A DNA stretch of 32,000 bases from Candidatus Saccharimonadota bacterium (GTDB lineage: Bacteria; Patescibacteriota; Saccharimonadia; Saccharimonadales; Saccharimonadaceae), in NCBI GenBank assembly GCA_002421785.1, contig DIRZ01000002.1, forward strand, positions 90,001 through 122,000, read 5' to 3'. Positions within the stretch are counted from its first letter, which is position 1, and each line of letters begins with the position of its first letter. The position numbers were made by a program, and so were the translations under genes. Shown in pieces: positions 25,923-32,000 of this stretch. The notes beneath the pieces were generated by a model that did not search any database, was not told where the DNA came from, and worked only from the letters and a program-made list of their open reading frames with translations.

Positions 25923-26864
25923 CTAGCCCTCCTGCTTCTCTAGGTATTCGCGTATCTTCAGTGCCGCCGTGGCACCGTCGCCCACCGCGCTGGCTATCTG
26001 CATGGTCGCGTGGCTCCGTACGTCACCGGCCACAAACACGCCCGGCACGGCCGTTTGCAAATTGGTATCAGACTTAATCAGTCCCACTTCGTCGAGTTCC
26101 ACGCCGCTGCCTGCCAAGAACGTAGTGTTTGGTAATAGTCCAATAAACACGAACACGCCGTCGGTTTCTATGGTGTGTTCCTCGCCCGTCGCCCTTTGCT
26201 TAACGCGAACACCCGACACCGATTTGCCGGTGGCGACGATTTCTTCGACGGTTACGTTGGTGTGAACGGTGATTTTGTCTTTCATGGTTTCAAGTTTTCG
26301 CTGCAACACTTCGCTGGCCCGTAAATCACTGCGAACCAACAGGTCAATATGCGTCGCAAAGCGGGTCAAAAACATCGCTTCCTGCACGCCGCTATTGCCA
26401 CCACCCACCACGACGAGTCGCTTGCCCGCGTAGAAAGCACCGTCACATGTCGCGCAGTAGTGCACGCCCTGGGCGTAATATTCTTCCTCGCCAGGTACGC
26501 CAAGCTTGCGATAGTTGCTGCCAGTCGCAATGAGCACCGCTTTGGCAGTGACGTCTTTGTTGTCTACTCGTAGCTTCAACAAGTCACCCTGCCGCTCTAG
26601 TTTGGTGACGTCACCAAACTCAATTTTGGCACCAAATCGTTCCGCTTGCCCTCGCAGTTCATCTGCAAGCCGAAGCCCCTCAATGCCTTTCATGTAGCCG
26701 GGATAGTTATCAATCCAATCCGTCGTGGCAGCCAATCCGCCAACTATGCCTTTTTCATAAAGAACAGTTTCGATTTCTTCGCGGGTCGTGTAAATAGCCG
26801 CAGCCAGCGCAGCCGGACCGGCGCCAATCACGACGAGTTCGTGTGTATTATCGTTATTTGTCAT
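25923..26864 (-). CDS. trxB: Thioredoxin-disulfide reductase
   Basis: 313 aa with the FAD motif VIGAGPAALAAAIY, the redox centre CATCDG and the NADPH motif VVGGGNSG. Confidence 0.9.
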   Translation of the reverse strand: MTNNDNTHELVVIGAGPAALAAAIYTTREEIETVLYEKGIVGGLAATTDWIDNYPGYMKGIEGLRLADELRGQAERFGAKIEFGDVTKLERQGDLLKLRVDNKDVTAKAVLIATGSNYRKLGVPGEEEYYAQGVHYCATCDGAFYAGKRLVVVGGGNSGVQEAMFLTRFATHIDLLVRSDLRASEVLQRKLETMKDKITVHTNVTVEEIVATGKSVSGVRVKQRATGEEHTIETDGVFVFIGLLPNTTFLAGSGVELDEVGLIKSDTNLQTAVPGVFVAGDVRSHATMQIASAVGDGATAALKIREYLEKQEG

Positions 26865-26871
26865 AGTACTC

Positions 26872-26909
26872 AGTATACAGGCTTTACTTATTATTGTAAA
26901 TAGTTTACA
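26872..26909 (-). promoter_or_regulatory. trxB operon promoter (TTTACA, 17 nt, TATACT, 7 nt to the ATG) with an overlapping 6-3-6 palindrome
   Basis: The -10 is at 26872-26877 and the -35 at 26895-26900. The palindrome TGTAAA-tag-TTTACA spans 26895-26909 and covers the -35. Confidence 0.45.
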
Positions 26910-26938
26910 TTAAGAAAGATAAAAAATGAAAGGGAAGT

Positions 26939-27202
26939 ATGAACAGAATTATCATAGACGTACGAGAACCGTTTGAATACAAGATGGGACACGTAAAGGG
27001 CGCGATTAACCTACCACCCGCCAAGCTGATGAAGGGTTTACCCGGGGAGCTAGAAGACACCCCAAAAGACACCGAAATCGTGCTGTACTGCCTGAGTGGT
27101 GCGCGCTCCGGAGCATCAATTCGCATCCTCCAGCAGCACGGGTTCACCAACCTAATTAACGGCATCAACAAAGACCACGTGAACGCACGTTTCAGCGCGT
27201 AG
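26939..27202 (+). CDS. Single-domain rhodanese protein
   Basis: 87 aa with EPFEYKMGHVKGAINLP and the active-site loop YCLSGARS. Confidence 0.8.
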   Translation: MNRIIIDVREPFEYKMGHVKGAINLPPAKLMKGLPGELEDTPKDTEIVLYCLSGARSGASIRILQQHGFTNLINGINKDHVNARFSA

Positions 27203-27213
27203 TTTCCCCCGCC

Positions 27214-28215
27214 CTACTGTTGCTGCGTTAATGCCCGCACAGCCTGCCGAATTAGTTGCCCGGGGAGCGGCTGGTCAAGTGGGAACCACAAGGTTCCTTT
27301 ACCTTTAGTGTACGGAGCTAATTGTTCCCGCAGCTCTGCATCGTGCGGGATCGGATACATCGCCACGTGGTCTTTCCAGCCGCTCACAAATACGCGAGCT
27401 CGCCTATTATCGATTTTGTACCCGATAATCCCATAACTTAGAGCTTCCACGGCATGCGGTAACTCCGCGCGAATGAGATTCCTTAGCTCATCAAAGAGCG
27501 GGCGACCCGCTCGTGGGACACTCGCTACATAGCCGTCGACAGTTTGTACTGTACTGTCCGTGCCTACATTGCTAGCATACGATTTTTTGAGCATGCCTTC
27601 CAATACCACCATGTCGATGTCGGTTAATTTGTTGATGTATAGACACGAGACAGATGTTTTGTGCTTACCGAGCCGCTGCAACTCGTCGTGATAGTCTGCA
27701 AAGCCCTCCATAAAATACACGGTAATAGCAGCTTTGCGCGGACTGAATCCGAGCTTCGCCACGTCGCCTTCCCTGCCAGTTTCGTATTTATAATGCGCCT
27801 GTCCGAATCCAATGATACTTGGTCCCCACATTACCGGTTTGTCACCACTAACTTTTGTCATAATTTGCATCAACTGCTCAGCCTCACCGCGGCGACTTTC
27901 GGATAGACTTGCCAAAAAATCATTCACGTTTACTGTAGTCGGTACTGTTTTGTTGGTCGCCGAGGTGCGCGAAGTCGTGTATTTGACCAAGCGGAACTGG
28001 CCCTTAGCGGGCTTGCATACAAGGTCCGGGAATTTTTCAACGAGCTTCCATACGCAGCCATTGATGGTTTTTGGATGAAGAGCTTTGTCAGATGCCTTAA
28101 TGAGCGCGTTTAGTTCCGACCATTGCAATCCCTCTGGGTTCGCGTCGAGCAATTCAAGCGCTTTGGCGTTGATGCGGCCCGTAATTGTAGCCAGGTTGAT
28201 ACGATTATCGTTCAT
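27214..28215 (-). CDS. Protein with two DUF1801 (YdhG-like) domains and an N-terminal wHTH-like region
   Basis: 333 aa. Two DUF1801-like segments begin at VNDFLASLSE... and VDGYVASVPR... Confidence 0.55.
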   Translation of the reverse strand: MNDNRINLATITGRINAKALELLDANPEGLQWSELNALIKASDKALHPKTINGCVWKLVEKFPDLVCKPAKGQFRLVKYTTSRTSATNKTVPTTVNVNDFLASLSESRRGEAEQLMQIMTKVSGDKPVMWGPSIIGFGQAHYKYETGREGDVAKLGFSPRKAAITVYFMEGFADYHDELQRLGKHKTSVSCLYINKLTDIDMVVLEGMLKKSYASNVGTDSTVQTVDGYVASVPRAGRPLFDELRNLIRAELPHAVEALSYGIIGYKIDNRRARVFVSGWKDHVAMYPIPHDAELREQLAPYTKGKGTLWFPLDQPLPGQLIRQAVRALTQQQ

Positions 28216-28409
28216 AATGCCCCAGTATTGAAATCCGTTTCACAGTCGTTACAATGCCTGTCGGGGGCGTTTTCCGATATACCACAGCCAGCCAGATGGA
28301 GCCTACCGGCCTCTAGGTCGGCATTTAGACTTTCGTCAAACGCCACCATTCCGTACACAATGCGACAGGTGTTCGTAGAAGCACAGCTTGGGCAAGTAAC
28401 TTTTGTCAT
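28212..28409 (-). CDS. Small Zn-ribbon protein (65 aa), hypothetical
   Basis: CPSC...C and C..C pairs are present. The stop overlaps the downstream start (ATGA). Confidence 0.45.
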   Translation of the reverse strand: MTKVTCPSCASTNTCRIVYGMVAFDESLNADLEAGRLHLAGCGISENAPDRHCNDCETDFNTGAL

Positions 28410-28442
28410 TCTGTATACTATTTAAGCACACCCAGTCGAAAC

Positions 28443-29546
28443 CTACCGCGCCTTGCGTTTGCCGATGGTTGCTTTGGCAGTTTTTATAAACTTCCCAAAC
28501 TTTCGACTTTTTTGTTGCTTCTCGTAGGTGGTCATTTCGTGATGTTTTATTTCCTTTTGCAGCTGCACGTAGTTTGCATACCTTGCAGCGTCTATCGTAC
28601 CAGTGCGCAGTGCGTCCTGCACCGCACACCCGGGCTCGTTGGTATGGCTACAGTTGTTAAACCTGCAGGCCCTTACTAAATCGTCGATATCGTCGAAGAC
28701 TTCACCGACCTTGCTACTGCTCGCGCCCATCACCCCCACTTCACGGCTACCCGGGTTGTCGATAATGATGCCGCCTGTCGTCGTAAAATACATCTGTCTG
28801 GCGGTCGTGGTATGCATGCCGCGCCCCGTCTTTTCACTAATTTCTGTTGTAGCGATACTGTCCTGGCGCAATAGCTTGTTGATGAGCGACGACTTGCCCA
28901 CACCAGATGATCCGACGAAACAATACGTCACACCAGGCTGTATATAGCCCGTGAGCTGCACCAGGCCAGCATCAGTCACAGTGTTCGTGGCGATCACCTC
29001 CACATCACCGAAGCGCTCGTGAATAGCCGCAATGCTAGCTTCCATGGCGCCGTCTGCATATAAATCCGACTTGTTCAGAACGATGACTGGCTTCACTCCG
29101 CCCTCACGCGCCAATACCAAGTATCGCTCGAACCGATTTAAGCTGTAGTCGCGATCGGTTGATTCAACAATCAACGCAACGTCGATATTAGCCGCGATAA
29201 GCCGAGATTCATCACGGCCTCCCCGTTTTTTGTGTAGCGTGGTTTGGCGTGGCAATATATCTGTGATTACCTTTGCGTCATCGACGTCATTTTTTATTAC
29301 CACCCAGTCTCCCACTGCGGGGTAGTCATCACGACCCATGGCAGTCGCCATGCGTCTACCCGTCACTGCCGCCCGGTGAGTGCCGTTGATGCCCATAACT
29401 TCGTACTCGCCCTTATGTTCGGCGGTGACTCTCGCGAGATTGTCGGTATTTGCGCCCAGCTCTAATCGGCCTGCCTCAACGAGCGGGTTGTAGCCTAGTT
29501 GCACGAGCGATTTACTGCTATCGTCTTCATTCATACCTACGCTCAT
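28443..29546 (-). CDS. rsgA: Ribosome small-subunit-dependent GTPase A
   Basis: 367 aa with the circularly permuted GTPase order (NKSDL before GSSGVGKSSLIN) and a C-terminal Zn cluster CRFNNCSHTNEPGCAV. Confidence 0.9.
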   Translation of the reverse strand: MSVGMNEDDSSKSLVQLGYNPLVEAGRLELGANTDNLARVTAEHKGEYEVMGINGTHRAAVTGRRMATAMGRDDYPAVGDWVVIKNDVDDAKVITDILPRQTTLHKKRGGRDESRLIAANIDVALIVESTDRDYSLNRFERYLVLAREGGVKPVIVLNKSDLYADGAMEASIAAIHERFGDVEVIATNTVTDAGLVQLTGYIQPGVTYCFVGSSGVGKSSLINKLLRQDSIATTEISEKTGRGMHTTTARQMYFTTTGGIIIDNPGSREVGVMGASSSKVGEVFDDIDDLVRACRFNNCSHTNEPGCAVQDALRTGTIDAARYANYVQLQKEIKHHEMTTYEKQQKSRKFGKFIKTAKATIGKRKAR

Positions 29547-29579
29547 ACTAACAGATTGCTAGACTACTCGTCCCATATG

Positions 29580-29608
29580 TTGACCTAAGCTATAAAAACT
29601 GTTATAAT
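29580..29608 (+). promoter_or_regulatory. Near-consensus promoter TTGACC, 17 nt, TGtTATAAT
   Basis: TTGACC lies at 29580-29585 and TATAAT at 29603-29608, preceded by TGT. The surrounding DNA is AT-rich. Confidence 0.6.
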
Positions 29609-29691
29609 TTTATTTCAATTCCTGTCGTTCGACTGGTATTGTTTTTTGTCGCTTCGGCGATGCACCTACTGATGAAAGGGTGGTCAGCCCC

Positions 29692-30018
29692 ATGACCAAA
29701 ACCAAGCGCACGTTCGTCACCCTCAACGTGACGGATGGCCCGAGCCACCAGGAAATCCTGGAATCGTTGACTCCCCCGGTAGCCGGCCGCGGCCACAAGC
29801 CCCCGGCGACCAGAGAGTTCACCGGCACATTCAAGGACGCGTCCGATCCCAGTGAGGTCGTGAAGGTTCCCATGCTCTTGCGCGGCGCGCTGTACAAGTC
29901 GCGCGGCGACAATGACACGCTGCAGGTGTTCGGCTACGCCACTGGCTACTCGGGCCGCGCGAAGGGCACCTACAACGTCCAGAGCCGCACGGGTTCCCTG
30001 ATGCTGCCGCTGGAGTAG
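29692..30018 (+). CDS. Hypothetical protein (108 aa) encoded by a very GC-rich cassette
   Basis: The ATG at 29692 is preceded by GAAAGGGTGG. G/C dominates codon third positions in this frame. A plus-strand terminator follows. The antisense 150-aa ORF is a shadow ORF. Confidence 0.6.
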   Translation: MTKTKRTFVTLNVTDGPSHQEILESLTPPVAGRGHKPPATREFTGTFKDASDPSEVVKVPMLLRGALYKSRGDNDTLQVFGYATGYSGRAKGTYNVQSRTGSLMLPLE

Positions 30019-30042
30019 CAGTTCGCCAACCCCCTTTTCATA

Positions 30043-30091
30043 CCCCCGTACCATCCGAGCCTCACGGCTTGGGAGTGCGGGGGTCTATTTT
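30043..30091 (+). terminator. Intrinsic terminator
   Basis: The outer stem is CCCCCG/CGGGGG (30043-48 with 30078-83). The inner stem is CCGAGCC/GGCTTGG (30055-61 with 30066-72). The tail is TCTATTTTAT. Confidence 0.65.
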
Positions 30092-30156
30092 ATATCGCCG
30101 CTATACGTCGCGCCGAAAAAGTCAAAGCGTGCAACAGGAGTGTGCACTTACTCACA

Positions 30157-30900
30157 CTAATTCTTCTTAAACGACTCCTCGATGCGCATAATCGGATCAT
30201 ACCAACCTCTTTCAAGTACATACTCTTGGACCTTTTTGTCTAAGCCGGCTATCACAAACACCCCGACGAGAATGAACAGTATGCCTACTATTTTTTTTGA
30301 ATATACCGTGGGGGTTGCTCATCCATTTCATTTTATTCACCAATAGTCGGCCGAAGATACTTACAAGGAACAGTACCAGGCCGAGTCCTAAAGAATAAGC
30401 CGCCAAATACCCCGCGCCACTCGCAAACGATACCGGCAAAATCACCGCCACAATCAGCGCGTAGGTTGGACTGCAACTATTGAACACAGGCCCGAGAGCT
30501 GCGCCAAGCACTATGTCTCTACCGACACCCTGCTTCCCTTGTGGTGCACCCATGAGACGGCTCGTCAGCGCACCAATGCCCGTCGCGAGCGTGAACCTAT
30601 CCCACATGGCAGGAAACAGTAGGTTAACACCAAATAACAAAACAATTCCTCCCGATACAACCGCCCACACCGCCGCGGGTATTCCCAGCAGCGCCGTAGT
30701 TGCTTTGAGCAAGAGTGTGAAAACGAGTATCGAAACGACAAGACTAGCAATAGTAACGAGTGGCTGCTTGAGCGACACGCTTTTTTGCCATCCTGCTGCA
30801 ACGAACTCCCGCCAACAATCACTGGAAGCAAAGGCAGGATACAAGGGGCAAGTACCGTCAGTACCCCGGCAACAAACGACACTACATACAGTTCAATCAT
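30157..30900 (-). pseudogene. ccdA: Cytochrome c biogenesis/thiol-disulfide transporter CcdA (DsbD family), interrupted by two homopolymer frameshifts
   Basis: The N-terminal frame carries LAPCILPLLPVIVGG and the middle frame carries FNSCSPTYALI. The C-terminus (KKIVGILFILVGVFVIAGLDKKVQEYVLERGWYDPIMRIEESFKKN) returns to the first frame. The shifts occur at A6 (30781-30786) and A8 (30291-30298). Confidence 0.75.
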
Positions 30901-31145
30901 CGCAAGAGCTCGCGCTCGACCGAGCTAAAGCGGGGCTCTTCATACGCCACATAGCTGGCAACCTTATTACCCTCATCGTCGACCTTCACAAATGTCGTCT
31001 GCAAGGTAACCCCGTACTGCTGGCGTAGGCTTTGGTTGGAATCGTAATCAACTTTAAATACCGTCACACCGCTTGGAATGCCGCGCTGTTGAATGCTCGC
31101 CTCCATTTCGCGACACTGCGGACACCATGGAGCATGAGCAATTTG
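30897..31145 (-). pseudogene. Small thioredoxin-fold protein (WCPQC) without a usable start codon
   Basis: The open frame reads QIAHAPWCPQCREMEAS... The CxxC motif (31113-31127) lies upstream of the only ATG (31106). In-frame TGA TAG stops lie immediately 5' (31146-31151). Confidence 0.5.
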
Positions 31146-31184
31146 CTATCAAATGCTGCCTATAGCCCTTATACTTTAAAGGGT

Positions 31185-31850
31185 ATGAATGGACCTGAGT
31201 TTATCCTCCCTATTTGGTACGACCTCGTTGCCACATTCGCATTTGCGATCACCGGTGCGATTATTGGCTTACAGAAAAAATACGACATCGTCGGAGTAGT
31301 TGCCCTCGCTATTGCAGTGGGTGTCGGTGGCGGCACTATTAGGGATGGTATATTCCTGCAAACCCCACCCGCCATTGCGACCGACTGGCGCTACATGGCC
31401 GCTATACTTACAGCGGTTGTGGCTGCTATCGGATTGTTTCATGTCTTGCACAACAAGGCACTGAGGTTAACGGTAGACATGCTCGACGCGCTCGGGCTGG
31501 CAGCCTACACCATTGTAGGCACCCAAAAAGCCACCCTTGCTGGATTTGTGGTGTTCGGTGCCGTTTTGGTGGGTGTTATCAATGCCGTGGGCGGAGGTGT
31601 GCTTCGGGACATCTTAAGTGGCGTCGAACCACGCATCTACCGCCCTAGCCAGTGGTATGCCATTATATCCGTGGGTGGCTCACTGCTGTTTTTGGCGATT
31701 GCAGGGCTGGCGGGACTTGATATGCAGGTATCCGCAATCATCGCCATCGCCACCATGGTCATCATCCGCGCCATCGTCATTGTATTCGACATCAAGACGA
31801 GGCCTGCCGAATCGGTGAGGAATATTGTCCGTGGCAAAAAGCAACCCTAA
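31185..31850 (+). CDS. TRIC-family/UPF0126 membrane protein (duplicated glycine-rich motif)
   Basis: Two repeats are present, with GGGTIRDGIF and GGGVLRDILS. I prefer the ATG at 31185 (TATACT at 31170-31175, 9 nt upstream). An ATG at 31134 is possible. Confidence 0.7.
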   Translation: MNGPEFILPIWYDLVATFAFAITGAIIGLQKKYDIVGVVALAIAVGVGGGTIRDGIFLQTPPAIATDWRYMAAILTAVVAAIGLFHVLHNKALRLTVDMLDALGLAAYTIVGTQKATLAGFVVFGAVLVGVINAVGGGVLRDILSGVEPRIYRPSQWYAIISVGGSLLFLAIAGLAGLDMQVSAIIAIATMVIIRAIVIVFDIKTRPAESVRNIVRGKKQP

Positions 31851-32000
31851 GCAATTGGGTTCATAAAGCCAATTTTTTGCAATGTGCGGCAGGTGGGAAG
31901 TCCGATGTTTTCTGTAGCTAATTCGTCCGCCGTAAACCAGCGGGGGCTCGTCCAGTCATCTTCCGCACACACAACAACACTATCTGCATCCTGCGGCAGC
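31847..32000 (-). CDS. Partial CDS (C-terminal 50 codons; the gene starts beyond the window end), unknown function
   Basis: A minus-strand frame is open from the window edge to the TAG at 31847-31849 (...DDWTSPRWFTADELATENIGLP...GFMNPIA). No motif was recognised. Confidence 0.3.
   Translation of the reverse strand, partial: LPQDADSVVVCAEDDWTSPRWFTADELATENIGLPTCRTLQKIGFMNPIA

Noticed and set aside
29602-30054. 150-aa minus-strand ORF across the GC-rich cassette
   Set aside because: The third-position GC bias, SD, promoter and terminator all support the plus-strand frame. The minus ORF is Arg/Ala/Gly-rich shadow.
31032-31184. Long N-terminal extension of the TRIC-family ORF
   Set aside because: The extension is antisense to the thioredoxin-fold ORF and does not resemble TRIC N-termini. 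The family-typical start is at 31185 (or 31134).
1-32000. CRISPR arrays, rRNA/tRNA genes, IS elements, integrases and prophage structural genes
   Set aside because: Reading both strands revealed no regularly spaced direct repeats, no conserved rRNA or tRNA strings, and no transposase or recombinase motifs.

Overview
The window is a gene-dense bacterial chromosomal segment with no rRNA, tRNA, CRISPR array, integrase or transposase that I can recognise. Positions 1218-16526 are all on the minus strand and read as a low-GC defence and DNA-damage island. In order it contains a translationally coupled lexA-dinD-DUF2130 module, a PQ-loop-like membrane protein behind a long structured leader, and an ArsR regulator. 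Next comes a four-gene Type III R-M variant (mod, DUF4145, res, T5orf172/GIY-YIG), an orphan promoter plus terminator (candidate sRNA), and an SNF2 helicase, DUF3800 and unknown 173-aa cluster next to a RadC/JAB gene. The SNF2/DUF3800/173-aa cluster is my best candidate for an undescribed system. Positions 16631-21467 (+) hold a complete actinobacterial-type C50 carotenoid operon (crtE-crtB-crtI, two small cyclase subunits, crtEb) with clearly higher GC. The rest is housekeeping: a CIRCE-controlled hsp20, a GltS-like symporter, two type IV pilin-like genes, a trxB-fur-rhodanese-glutaredoxin operon, DUF1801 and rsgA. It also includes a roughly 70% GC orphan gene with an AT-rich promoter, a ccdA gene broken by two homopolymer frameshifts, a start-less thioredoxin-fold ORF and a TRIC-family channel. 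Many genes have a -10 box 6-10 nt upstream of the start codon, which suggests leaderless mRNAs. Pilin content and gene style suggest a Saccharibacteria/Patescibacteria-like or Gram-positive-like organism, but that is only a guess. All family calls come from motif recognition by eye; no searches were run.
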